A stretch of 64,000 nucleotides of DNA from an uncultured Candidatus Entotheonella sp. (GTDB lineage Bacteria; Tectomicrobia; Entotheonellia; Entotheonellales; Entotheonellaceae): assembly GCA_965217185.1 (NCBI GenBank), contig OZ244252.1:704001-768000 (forward strand), given 5' to 3'. The position numbers were made by a program, and so were the translations under genes. The notes beneath the pieces are model-generated. The model ran no database searches, was not told the DNA's origin, and saw only the letters and a list, made by a program, of their open reading frames with translations. Of this stretch, positions 8,992 to 18,410 are shown one piece after another; position 1 is the first letter of the stretch, and every line of letters starts with the position of its first letter.

Positions 8992-10588
8992 GATGACCGG
9001 TGGTCAAGCCCTGGCAAAATCGCTGCACCGCGAAGGCGTGCGCGTCATTTTCGGCCTGCCCGGCGTACAGCTTTACCACCTGCTCGACGGCCTGTACGAC
9101 GAGGCGGACATCCGCTTCATTCCGGTGCGCCACGAGCAGGCCACCACCTACATGGCGGACGGCTACGCGCGCGCCAGCGGCGGCATCGGCACGGCACTGG
9201 TGGTGCCCGGCCCCGGCCTGCAAAACGCCTCGGCGGGCATCGGCACGGCGTATTCGGCGTCGTCGCCCATCCTGGTGGTGTCGGGGCAGATCCAGCGCGA
9301 CTTCATCGGCGTGGACCGGGGCATGCTGCACGAGGTGAACGACCAACTGGACACCATTCGTCCAGTGACCAAGTGGACGCGGCGGATTCTGAAAGCGCAG
9401 GAAGTGCCGGAGGCGGTGCGCGAGGCGTTCTACCAACTGAAGACGGGCCGGCCGCGCCCGGTGGAAATCGAGATCCCCCCGGAAACGCTGGCCGAAACCG
9501 CCGACGTCAAGCTGCTCGACCCGGCCGAGCCGGAACGCGAGGCGGCCAGCGCCGATAGCGTCAAAGCGGGCGCCAAAGCGCTGAAGGGGGCCAGCAAACC
9601 GCTGATTCTGGCGGGCGGCGGGGCGATTTCGTCGCAGGCCAGCGCGGCGCTGCAACGGCTGGCGGAGTACCTGCAGGCGCCGGTCCTCACGACCAGCGAG
9701 GGGAAGGGGGCGCTGTCCGACCGCCACGACTTGGCGCTCGGCGCCCTGCGGCTGCGGCACGACCCGATTACCGGCGACTACATGAAACAGACGGACGTGG
9801 TGCTGGCGGTGGGCACGCGGCTGGCCAGTCCTGAAATCCTCAGCGGCCAGACGGTGGTGCAGGTCGACGTTGATCCGGCAGAGATCGGCCGCAACTACGA
9901 AAAGACGGTCGGCTTGGTCGGGGATGCGAAGAAAACCCTGGAAGCCCTGTACGACGCGGTCAGCGGCCTGATGCCGGCGCAATCAGGCCGCGAGCAGGAG
10001 ATCGCCGCTGTCAAGCAGGCGCGCCGCACCAGCGAGCACGCTCAACAGCAGCCGCTGGCCGGGTTTGTCGGCGCCATCCGCAACGCCGTGCCGGAGGATG
10101 GCATCATTATCAGCGGCATGACGCAGGTAGGGTATTTCAGCCGCGCCTATTTCCCCGTCTACCAAGCCGGCACCTACCTCACCTCCTCGTATTTCGGCAA
10201 CCTCGGCTACGCCTATCCCACCGCCCTCGGTGCCAAAGTCGCCTGTCCCGACAAGGCCGTGGTCGCCATCTCCGGCGACGGCGGCTTCATGTACAACGTC
10301 CAGGAAATGGCCACCGCCGTGCAGCAGAAGATCAACGTCGTCGTCATCGTCTTCAACGACAGCGCCTTCGGCAACGTCCTGCGCGACCAGCGCGACCGAT
10401 TCCAAGGGCGCGTCTATGGCTCGGAACTGCACAACCCGGATTTCATGACGCTGGCCAAGGCGTTCGGCGTGCGTGGCGCCCGGGCCACCACCGCAGAGGA
10501 ACTCGAAGCGCAACTCCGCGAGGCGCTGGATGTGGACGCGCCGACGCTGATCGAGGTGCCGTGCGGGCCGATGCCGTATCCGTATTGA
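8984..10588 (+). CDS. Thiamine-diphosphate enzyme, acetolactate synthase large subunit-like
   Basis: FGLPG, RHEQ..YMADGYAR, GDGGF...N TPP motif, NPDF. Confidence 0.92.
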   Translation: MSKMTGGQALAKSLHREGVRVIFGLPGVQLYHLLDGLYDEADIRFIPVRHEQATTYMADGYARASGGIGTALVVPGPGLQNASAGIGTAYSASSPILVVSGQIQRDFIGVDRGMLHEVNDQLDTIRPVTKWTRRILKAQEVPEAVREAFYQLKTGRPRPVEIEIPPETLAETADVKLLDPAEPEREAASADSVKAGAKALKGASKPLILAGGGAISSQASAALQRLAEYLQAPVLTTSEGKGALSDRHDLALGALRLRHDPITGDYMKQTDVVLAVGTRLASPEILSGQTVVQVDVDPAEIGRNYEKTVGLVGDAKKTLEALYDAVSGLMPAQSGREQEIAAVKQARRTSEHAQQQPLAGFVGAIRNAVPEDGIIISGMTQVGYFSRAYFPVYQAGTYLTSSYFGNLGYAYPTALGAKVACPDKAVVAISGDGGFMYNVQEMATAVQQKINVVVIVFNDSAFGNVLRDQRDRFQGRVYGSELHNPDFMTLAKAFGVRGARATTAEELEAQLREALDVDAPTLIEVPCGPMPYPY

Positions 10589-10730
10589 TGAGGTTTTTTT
10601 CGTTACTTCCTTACTACCTTGTCGACATGTTCTGTCCAGAACTTCAAGTAAGTGGACGCTGTAAGGTTACTTTGGTTAAGATGTCAGCCCAGTAGACACT
10701 GCTGTGCGATCCCTTGCGAAAGGTTTTGCG

Positions 10731-11471
10731 ATGCCACGATCCACGGTTGTAGCGCCTGACATTGAATACCCGGATTCGGACGGCCAGCCCATGGCGGAAA
10801 CGGATTTCCAACGCGAGGTGATGATGTATGCCATCGAGGCGCTGAAGATACACTTCCGGGAGCGCGAGGATGTCTACGTTTCAGGCGACCTGTTCATTTA
10901 CTACGAAGAGGGCAACCGGGCGGCCGCAGTTGCCCCGGATGTTTTCGTGGTGTTCGGCGTTCCGGGACACATGCGCCGTACCTACTTGTTGTGGCAGGAG
11001 GGCAGGGCGCCTGACTTCGTGATGGAAGTGACCTCGGATAACACTCGGGAGGACGATCAGGGGCGAAAGCACGAGTTGTACACGCGCCTGGGAATAACGG
11101 AATACTGGCAATTTGCCCCGACCGGTGATTATCTGGCTCCATCTCTGCAGGGCTTCATGCTGTCGGGCGGCCGTTATGGCAGGGCACTCGCTCTGGAGCG
11201 GGTGGGCGCCGTTTGGAGTGCGTACAGCCCGGCACTCGGGCTGAATCTCCGTCTTGATGGAGGTATGCTGCGGTTTCACGATCCGATGACGGATGAATAC
11301 CTCTTGACGCTCTTGGAAGAAAACAGGGCGCGCCGGGATGCCGAAAACCGTTTTCAGGAATCCGAACAGGCCCGTCGGGAAGCGGAAGCACGACTGGCCG
11401 AAGTGGAAGCCCGCCTGCGAGCCTTGCAGCGATCAACATCGCCAACGCGGCCCGACCAATCTGAAAGGTGA
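10731..11471 (+). CDS. Uma2 (DUF820) family endonuclease with coiled-coil tail
   Basis: YPDSDGQPMAET, VAPDVFVVFGV, PDFVMEVTS, K..Y..LGITEYW. Confidence 0.92.
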   Translation: MPRSTVVAPDIEYPDSDGQPMAETDFQREVMMYAIEALKIHFREREDVYVSGDLFIYYEEGNRAAAVAPDVFVVFGVPGHMRRTYLLWQEGRAPDFVMEVTSDNTREDDQGRKHELYTRLGITEYWQFAPTGDYLAPSLQGFMLSGGRYGRALALERVGAVWSAYSPALGLNLRLDGGMLRFHDPMTDEYLLTLLEENRARRDAENRFQESEQARREAEARLAEVEARLRALQRSTSPTRPDQSER

Positions 11472-11573
11472 GTCGGAAACCCAAGTTAACGTCGTGCAGA
11501 TTGGGTTTTCGGTATCTGCAAACGCTTCGGACCGCGCTATGCCCCCTTCCACTTCGCCTAAATCCTTTTTTCG

Positions 11574-12659
11574 TTAACCTGCCCCGCCTGCCAGTCGGTG
11601 CACAAGGCTTCTGACTGTCTCAGCGACCCGATCAAGCTCCTCCCCATATCCAAAGCGTTGGTGGAAGAGAAGAGAAACTCTTTCTGGTTCCGGGTCGGCG
11701 CGGATATTCAACTCCTCCAGCAAACCTTGTAACTCTGCCGCCTTATCTCCCGAGTGTCCGATGCGAAACTCCCAACCCGCAGGGCTAACGACTGTCCTCA
11801 CATTAACCTGAAAATCTTGGCGTCTGATACGATGCACAAGTTCATCAACAAGGGAGCAAGGTACATCCTTGTTTCCAAGGTCCGGACGTCGCAAATGTTG
11901 TGACACATTGGGGGCCCCTGGCCCCAGTTCTTCCCTAAGTGCGTTAACCTTCTCGCAGAGTTCGGTTCTCAAGGCGCCACACCGCGTGAGGAAAGCCGAA
12001 ACGTCATCCAGACGCCCTCCGACCAACTGACGAAATTCTGAGTCCATCACCATACCCCTTTGCAAGTAATCAACCGTGCTCAGAAAATCGAGCATGAACG
12101 GAAGATAGCGCGCATCCGCGCTCGTAATGAATCTCCCAAGCAGTACACGGATTTGAGCAACGAACTGCTGATGCGTGATGTTTTCGAACCTGTGGGGACT
12201 ACCTGCGGTAGTGGAGTTAAGCGTGAGAAGAAGCAAGCGTATGTTTCGACATCGAGGCTTCAAGTCGTAGGCGAATGTTTTGTAGTCGTCCAATGGATTT
12301 GCGACACGAGCGTATATCTTGTTCTCAATCAAAATCACATGGCTATCAGACTGAATGAGAATATCAATCTGGTTCCCGGCATCTGTGGGTACTTCGCGTT
12401 CCACCGAAACGTTACTGTCCGTCCATTCTCGATGGTGCTGAAACTTGCCAGTGCGTGCGAGAGCATTCAGGAACAATGTGCCAAGTCCGTGCGGCTTATT
12501 CGGATCCAAAAAGAAAGCAAGGACATTACTGAAGGCATTCTCCTTATGCGCATACCCGGCAATTCTCATAAAGGTCGGTAGGCCCTCCGGAGGTGCCGGA
12601 AGCCGTCGAAATTCATCCAGAGATTGGCTATCTGTGCCAACGTGAATGCCTCCTCTCAC
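11574..12659 (-). CDS. PD-(D/E)XK nuclease family protein (PDDEXK_4-like)
   Basis: EN..SN.LAFFLDP...HGLG..FL, VERE, IDILI, IENKI; GTGA overlap with the ExoI-like gene. Confidence 0.85.
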   Translation of the reverse strand: MRGGIHVGTDSQSLDEFRRLPAPPEGLPTFMRIAGYAHKENAFSNVLAFFLDPNKPHGLGTLFLNALARTGKFQHHREWTDSNVSVEREVPTDAGNQIDILIQSDSHVILIENKIYARVANPLDDYKTFAYDLKPRCRNIRLLLLTLNSTTAGSPHRFENITHQQFVAQIRVLLGRFITSADARYLPFMLDFLSTVDYLQRGMVMDSEFRQLVGGRLDDVSAFLTRCGALRTELCEKVNALREELGPGAPNVSQHLRRPDLGNKDVPCSLVDELVHRIRRQDFQVNVRTVVSPAGWEFRIGHSGDKAAELQGLLEELNIRADPEPERVSLLFHQRFGYGEELDRVAETVRSLVHRLAGGAG

Positions 12660-14068
12660 ATCAAATCCATTTTCGCCCCTGCTTCTTCGACCCTCCTGAC
12701 CAGAAAATTACACAAGCCTTCCAAAAGCGACGCCTCGGCACCAACTGAATCCGCCAGAAGCGCCTCCGTCTCCCGAATCGCCTGAGGAAGGGTGCGCCAC
12801 GGGACCGTGCCTTCCTCTGCCATGAGGCGTTTGGCAACGTTGGCCTCATAGCGGCTGCGGTCGTGCGCCGGCATCGCTTCCGGGGCTTCGGTGCAGAGCA
12901 GCCGCTCGCCCAGCACCTGCAGCCGTGCGTCGGACAAGCGGCCGAGGAAATTGGCGCGGTCAGACCAGGCCGCCTCGTGAAATTCGGCCATGACCGTCTG
13001 ATCCGCGGCCCCGGTGAAGTCGTCGTAGATCTGCTCTTCGACGCGAACGGAGGGTTCTTTGGCCTCGCGGGCATCGGCCATGGCCGTGATCAGGCGCTGG
13101 GCAAAATCCTCGTTGCCCCGAATCCAGGCAGCGCGGTGCCTGATCTCGTCGGTGCCGGGCATTCGCATGCGCACAGGGGCGGGGACGTCCTCGCAGGGCA
13201 GGATGCAGGGGCCGGCGTTGGCGCGCAGGCGCCGCACCGGCTTGGGGCTGGCCGCGAGGCGCGCGCTCAGGTCGTCATCGGCAAGTGCGGCGAACGCCTC
13301 CGGATCGTTGGACAGGTCGAACACAAACAGTTCCGAGTCGTAATCGGGATTCGGTCCCAAGGCGGTAACCATCCACGAATAAGCCCTGCCGAAGAAGACG
13401 TCCGTGAACGAAAAGACCTCGTTTGCCTCGACAAAATCCAGCACCGCCGCCTTCGGCGCGAAACGCACGAAGTTCGACCAGTAACCTTCAGCCCGTTCGC
13501 GCACGAGCCGGCACAGGTGGAGGGTCGCCTCGGTGTCCCCGATCGCGTCGTGTGCTGCGTCGTGGCGGAAGCCATTGAGCGGCGCGAGTTGGACAAGGCG
13601 GAAGGTCGACCGGCCCTTTTCGTTGACCGGCACCGAGAGGATACCCGGCTGAAAGAAGTTGACCGCCTGGAGGATCGGCAGGCTGTCCAGGCGGCAATTG
13701 CCGTTCGTGTTGGTGAGGTACGGGTCGTGCAGGGTCTTGTAGAACGCCTGGCGCAGCAGGGTCTCGTCGAACCGCATCGAGTTGTGGCCGATGAAGACGG
13801 CGGGCGACCATTCCTCCAGCTTGGCCTTGATGGTCCGCACCATTTCGTAATGGCTTGGCAGGCCGGGGTCTGTAAGTTGCTCAACGGAAATTCCCGTGAC
13901 GCACAAGGCCTCAGGCGACGGCACCACGTATGGCAACAGCCGGCAGCGGATTTCAAACCGCTCCAGCTCCTGCAACTCGTGATCCGTCCTGATCGCACCG
14001 AACTGGAGGATTTGATCGAAGCTGGTGTTCGTTCCGGTGGTTTCGGTGTCGTAGAAGACGAAGCTCAT
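12656..14068 (-). CDS. Exodeoxyribonuclease I-like (SbcB-like) DEDDh 3'-5' exonuclease
   Basis: FYDTETTG, DQILQF.AIRTD, GHNSMRFD, AHDA.GD, VEEQIY..F; start ATG 14068 with GGAG RBS. Confidence 0.9.
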   Translation of the reverse strand: MSFVFYDTETTGTNTSFDQILQFGAIRTDHELQELERFEIRCRLLPYVVPSPEALCVTGISVEQLTDPGLPSHYEMVRTIKAKLEEWSPAVFIGHNSMRFDETLLRQAFYKTLHDPYLTNTNGNCRLDSLPILQAVNFFQPGILSVPVNEKGRSTFRLVQLAPLNGFRHDAAHDAIGDTEATLHLCRLVRERAEGYWSNFVRFAPKAAVLDFVEANEVFSFTDVFFGRAYSWMVTALGPNPDYDSELFVFDLSNDPEAFAALADDDLSARLAASPKPVRRLRANAGPCILPCEDVPAPVRMRMPGTDEIRHRAAWIRGNEDFAQRLITAMADAREAKEPSVRVEEQIYDDFTGAADQTVMAEFHEAAWSDRANFLGRLSDARLQVLGERLLCTEAPEAMPAHDRSRYEANVAKRLMAEEGTVPWRTLPQAIRETEALLADSVGAEASLLEGLCNFLVRRVEEAGAKMDLM

Positions 14069-14090
14069 GCGATGGTCTCCGTGGTGGTTG

Positions 14091-14618
14091 TCAGGCGAAC
14101 AGATATCCGAGCCGGAACTGCATGGCGGACAGACTGACCCGGAAGCGCCTGGCCAGAGCACTCACCGTGGCGTCGTCGTCGATATCGAAAGGTGCGTTGC
14201 CAAGGGCTTCGGTCAGAAGGAACTCCGGCATCAGCAGTTCCGCCGCAAACAGGTTGGCCTCGATCTCCATCTCATCCACGCCTGCCGCCGAAACGGAATC
14301 GCGCATCAGCATGGGGAATGCCTTGTCAACGTGCACCTCCTTGGTGACCCGGTCGCGGTGCAGGACCAGATGGCCGCATTCGTGGGCGATCGTAAAGCGC
14401 TGGCGATTGGGACGATGGATCGCGTTGACGCCGATGATCGGTGTTCCATCCTTCACGTACACCATGCCTGAAAGCTCCTGGTCCAGCGGCGAAAAGCGCA
14501 ACTGGACCGACAGCCTCCTGGCGATGCGCTCGACCGGAACGGGCGGGGCCGTGACCTGATTGTCCTGGAGCAGGGCGCGCGCCCGGCGCAAGATCGTCCG
14601 TCGTTTTCGCTCGTTCAT
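14091..14618 (-). CDS. ImmA/IrrE (DUF955) metallopeptidase
   Basis: RQRFTIAHECGHL (HExxH), EIEANLFAAELLMP, C-terminal HTH-like LARRFRVS..A..FRL. Confidence 0.92.
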   Translation of the reverse strand: MNERKRRTILRRARALLQDNQVTAPPVPVERIARRLSVQLRFSPLDQELSGMVYVKDGTPIIGVNAIHRPNRQRFTIAHECGHLVLHRDRVTKEVHVDKAFPMLMRDSVSAAGVDEMEIEANLFAAELLMPEFLLTEALGNAPFDIDDDATVSALARRFRVSLSAMQFRLGYLFA

Positions 14619-14977
14619 CCCTCACCCTCGGTGTTGTCCGGATTGCTGCCGCTCAGGACGTCGCTCAGCAGGCGCAGGACATCCAGCCGTTGCTTGTCCG
14701 TGAGCCCTTCTTTGGGAAGCGGCAACTCGGATAGCTCGTCGTCGTGAGGCGTCGAGGCCAGCGGCGGCATGAGCACGGCCGGCGAGTCAAGGTCAAGGGC
14801 CTCGGCGATGGCGTAGAGGTGATGCAGCCGCACCTTTTGCCGCCCCACTTCGATATTGGCCAGCGAAGCCCGCGATATGCCGATTTCAGCCGCCACCTGC
14901 TCTTGGGTCCGCCGGGCTCCCTCGCGGTAGCGCCTGATGTTTCGCCCCACTTCCTTGTATATATCATCCGCCTCCAT
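14615..14977 (-). CDS. XRE-family HTH transcriptional regulator
   Basis: VGRNIRRYR...TQEQVA..IGISRASLANIEVGRQ; ATGA overlap with the IrrE gene. Confidence 0.92.
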   Translation of the reverse strand: MEADDIYKEVGRNIRRYREGARRTQEQVAAEIGISRASLANIEVGRQKVRLHHLYAIAEALDLDSPAVLMPPLASTPHDDELSELPLPKEGLTDKQRLDVLRLLSDVLSGSNPDNTEGEG

Positions 14978-14985
14978 AGCGTCTC

Positions 14986-15014
14986 CGTATATGAGGAAAC
15001 ACCGGCCATGTCAA
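14986..15014 (-). promoter_or_regulatory. Sigma70-type promoter of the XRE operon
   Basis: Minus strand TTGACA-N17-TATACG, ending 8 nt before the XRE ATG. Confidence 0.6.
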
Positions 15015-15029
15015 TTCTGCAAACCCTTT

Positions 15030-15087
15030 TGTTTGTATTTCATACTTATAAAAAGTTGTAAAAACAAACATATTGCCTTATATTGCC
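15030..15087. promoter_or_regulatory. Candidate operator(s) in the AT-rich divergent intergenic region
   Basis: Imperfect inverted repeat TGTTTGT...ACTT-N5-AAGT...ACAAACA (15030-15070) plus direct repeat ATATTGCC x2 at 10-bp spacing. Confidence 0.5.
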
Positions 15088-15132
15088 CTCCCTTGCGGTA
15101 ACCCCATCTATCCGGCACCCAGGGAGAGCGCC

Positions 15133-17211
15133 ATGCTGAACACCTACGAACGCCGTCTGATCGCCTTCTACCTCTCAAACGCCGCCGCACGCCTGCACCA
15201 CCATGACCTGGAGGCGTCGGAATTGGCCGAGTGGCTCGCCCGCCGGGAGAACCACACCGTGTTCGCGGGAGGCAGGAGACGGCCACGCGTGGACTGGGCG
15301 GAGACGGACTTCGGGGAACGGATGTCGATGCGGAAGTGGCGTGGCATCCAGGAAACGCTGCGCAATGAATATGCGGCGCTGAAGCGGACGCGCTGCGACC
15401 GCACGGCGCAGCGGCTCCGGCGTCTGGGCAAAATGGTCGGCCTGACGCCGACGGACGCCGACATCCTGGAACTTCTGCTGCGCTACCAGACACAGCCGGT
15501 CATTGAGTCGATGATCGACGAGATTTTCGGCCACCCCAGAAGAGTGCGCGCTCTCAACCTCAAGGGGCCGGCACTGCCCGCCCTCCTTGGCAAATCGGCG
15601 CACACGATCCAGGCCCGCTTCGGCGGCGACCAGCCGCTCGTTCGCTCGGGACTCGTGCACGTCGACCGCGACGGCGACCCTGAAGTCGTCAAGCGGCTGC
15701 ACCGGCTCGCCACCGCCCCCTGGAACGGCAATCGTGACGTGAACCGCCTGCTCCTGGACGCCGCGTCCGAGAGTGAGCTGGAATGGCAGGACTTCGACCA
15801 TGTCGCTCAGGACCGTGATCACATCGAAAGGCTGTTGAAAGGCGCTTTGGAGAACAGCGAGCCGGGTGTCAACATCCTTCTGTACGGACCGCCGGGCACT
15901 GGCAAGACCGAATTCTGCAAGGTCCTGGCCGCGCGCCTGGGCGTGACCCTCTACAGCGTCGGCGAAGCGGACGAGGATGGCGATGAGCCAAGGCGCGACG
16001 AGCGGCTCAGGGAACTCCGGCTTTCCCAGCGCCTGCTCGCCCGGGAGCGCCGCTCGCTGCTTCTCTTCGATGAAATGGAGGACCTGCTTTCGGACGCCTC
16101 GTGGGGTCTGGAGATGTTCGGGCGGTCGTTTGCTTCCCGCTCCTGGAACGACGGCTCGAAGGTCTTCATGCACCGGCTGCTGGAGGAGGCGCCGGCGCCC
16201 ACGCTGTGGACGGTCAACGATGCCCGGCGAGTTGGCACGACCCTCCTGCGCCGCATGATGTTTGCCCTGGAACTGTGCCTGCCGACACCCGCCGTCCGGC
16301 AGCGCATCTGGGCGCGGCAGCTCCGCCGCAACGGTATCGAGGCGGGAGCGGACGAGGCGCGCGCACTGGCCGTCGCGTTCGAGGCCGTTCCCGGCGTCGC
16401 GGCCGGTGTCACTGCCGCCGCCCGCCTCGCCGGCGGTGACATGGCTGCAGTCCGCCGCGGCGTGCGCAGCCTGTCCCGGGTCCTGGCGTGCGACAAACCC
16501 CCACAAGTCGCGCCGCCCCGCTTCGACCTCGCGCTCATCCATGCCGATACCGACCCGGCGGCGCTCGCCGATCGTTTGGCCAACAGCGATGAACGGCGCA
16601 TTTCGCTGTGCCTGCAGGGACCTTCCGGGACGGGCAAGAGTGCGTTCATTCGCTACCTCGCTGAGCGCCTCGGCCTGGAGGTCATGCAGAAACGGGCGTC
16701 TGATTTGCTATCCATGTGGGTGGGGAGGACGGAGCAGCAGATCGCCGCTGCGTTCGCCGAGGCGCGCGACATCGGTGCCTTCCTGATCTTCGACGAAGCC
16801 GACTCGCTGCTCGCCGACCGGCGCTTTGCCGAGCGGACGTGGGAGGTCTCGCAGGTCAACGAGATGCTGACCTGGATGGAGAGCCATCCGCTGCCCTTCG
16901 CCTGCACGACCAATTTTGGTGCGGGCTTCGACCCTGGGACGCTGCGACGCTTCGTCTTCAAGATCACGCTCGATTACCTGACGCCCGCACAGGTGGCGGC
17001 AGCCTTCCGCCGCTACTTTGCGCTCGAACCCCCGACGCCGGTGACGTCCCTTGCCACCCTGACACCCGGCGACTTCGCGGTGGTGCGCCGCAAGGCGGAG
17101 GTACTCGGATTACTGGCAGACGCGGAGGCGCTGACCGCCATGTTGCGTGCCGAGTGCGACGCCAAGCGGGAAGGAACGCGGGGCATCGGCTTTCGCCCCG
17201 AGGCGACGTGA
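15133..17211 (+). CDS. Tandem (double) AAA+ ATPase
   Basis: GPPGTGKT/LLFDE and GPSGTGKS/LIFDEAD Walker pairs; GIGF near the C-terminus. Confidence 0.9.
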   Translation: MLNTYERRLIAFYLSNAAARLHHHDLEASELAEWLARRENHTVFAGGRRRPRVDWAETDFGERMSMRKWRGIQETLRNEYAALKRTRCDRTAQRLRRLGKMVGLTPTDADILELLLRYQTQPVIESMIDEIFGHPRRVRALNLKGPALPALLGKSAHTIQARFGGDQPLVRSGLVHVDRDGDPEVVKRLHRLATAPWNGNRDVNRLLLDAASESELEWQDFDHVAQDRDHIERLLKGALENSEPGVNILLYGPPGTGKTEFCKVLAARLGVTLYSVGEADEDGDEPRRDERLRELRLSQRLLARERRSLLLFDEMEDLLSDASWGLEMFGRSFASRSWNDGSKVFMHRLLEEAPAPTLWTVNDARRVGTTLLRRMMFALELCLPTPAVRQRIWARQLRRNGIEAGADEARALAVAFEAVPGVAAGVTAAARLAGGDMAAVRRGVRSLSRVLACDKPPQVAPPRFDLALIHADTDPAALADRLANSDERRISLCLQGPSGTGKSAFIRYLAERLGLEVMQKRASDLLSMWVGRTEQQIAAAFAEARDIGAFLIFDEADSLLADRRFAERTWEVSQVNEMLTWMESHPLPFACTTNFGAGFDPGTLRRFVFKITLDYLTPAQVAAAFRRYFALEPPTPVTSLATLTPGDFAVVRRKAEVLGLLADAEALTAMLRAECDAKREGTRGIGFRPEAT

Positions 17212-17288
17212 GCATGCTGAACGGAAAATGCTCTAGGGCATGGGGCCGTGCAGGCAGACAGATTATTCACGAGGAGAAGGAGATATTG

Positions 17289-18338
17289 ATGGAACTTCAC
17301 GATCGTTGCCACGGCGCCATGGTTGGCCTTGCGGTCGGCAACCTGCTCGGCCTTGCGTGCGAGGGGTGGGAGCAGAGAGAAATCCGCCGCCGCTGGCCCG
17401 ACGGTATCCGCGAGATCGAAGCGGAGCCGGGCTACCCCGACGATGACGACCTGGCGCAGGCCGTCATTCTGGCCGAAGCGTGCGTCGGAGCAGGAGCACT
17501 GGACGTCGAGGATCTCGCCCGGAGGTTCTGGACCTGGGGAGAGGAAAGCGGTCTTGGAATCGGTAACGCGACACACGCCGCGCTGACCCGCTACGGCGGC
17601 AGTCCGCCCAAGCGTTACATGCACCATCACCTGTTTGCGCGCCTACACGGCCTGGAACTCCCGGGCTTCCAGTCAGCGCGCGAGCCGGTGGGCCTGCCGG
17701 CATTGGAAGCCTCGCGTGCCGCCTGGGAAACGTCCGATGGGAACGCCGCCGGTAACGGCGCGGTGATGCGCTGCGCGCCCGTGGCCATCCGCTGGCGGTA
17801 CGACGACGCGGCGCTGGTTCGCAACACCGCCGCCAGTGCCGTGGTCACCCATTGGGACCCCCGCTGTGTCTGGTCCGCGGTGTTCGTGAATCTGACCATC
17901 GCCTCGCTTCTGCGGCAGCCACCGGACGGTGAACTGCGTCTCGTTGAGCGTGCCGAGCAAGCCAGAGGGGAACTTGGCGACGCCCTGGCGCCGTTCGGCA
18001 TCGACGCGCCCCTGTCGGCAGCGGTGACGGAGGCGCTTGATGCCGCCGACGTGACGGCGCCGGAGGACCTCGGCCTCGACGGCTGGGACATGGGTTACAC
18101 CCTCAAGGCCATGCAGGTGGCCCTGTGGTGCGCGCGCCGGGCCGCGGACTTTGAAGAGGCGCTAGTTGCCGTCGTCAATGCCGGCGGCGACACGGACACC
18201 AACGGCGCGGTGGCGGGCGCCGTGCTCGGTGCGCGATTCGGACTCCGCGCGGTGCCGGAGCGTTGGCGCCATCGGGTTGCGGAATTGCGGGCAGACCGGG
18301 AGGCGATGGAAGTGTGGGCTGACCGCCTGATGGCGTAG
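17289..18338 (+). CDS. ADP-ribosylglycohydrolase (DraG/ARH family)
   Basis: GLAVGNLLG, PDDD, GNGAVMRCAP, TH.DP, GGDTDTNGAVAGA; start ATG 17289 after GGAGA. Confidence 0.92.
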   Translation: MELHDRCHGAMVGLAVGNLLGLACEGWEQREIRRRWPDGIREIEAEPGYPDDDDLAQAVILAEACVGAGALDVEDLARRFWTWGEESGLGIGNATHAALTRYGGSPPKRYMHHHLFARLHGLELPGFQSAREPVGLPALEASRAAWETSDGNAAGNGAVMRCAPVAIRWRYDDAALVRNTAASAVVTHWDPRCVWSAVFVNLTIASLLRQPPDGELRLVERAEQARGELGDALAPFGIDAPLSAAVTEALDAADVTAPEDLGLDGWDMGYTLKAMQVALWCARRAADFEEALVAVVNAGGDTDTNGAVAGAVLGARFGLRAVPERWRHRVAELRADREAMEVWADRLMA

Positions 18339-18410
18339 TGGCTGTGTTCGATGCCGGCTGGCGTTGCCGGTGCAGACGATTCCAACTGACGTAGAGGGAG
18401 AACGATATTT

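Noticed and set aside
16716..17288. N-terminal extension of the ARH ORF
   Set aside because: Overlaps the AAA gene in another frame; RBS supports 17289
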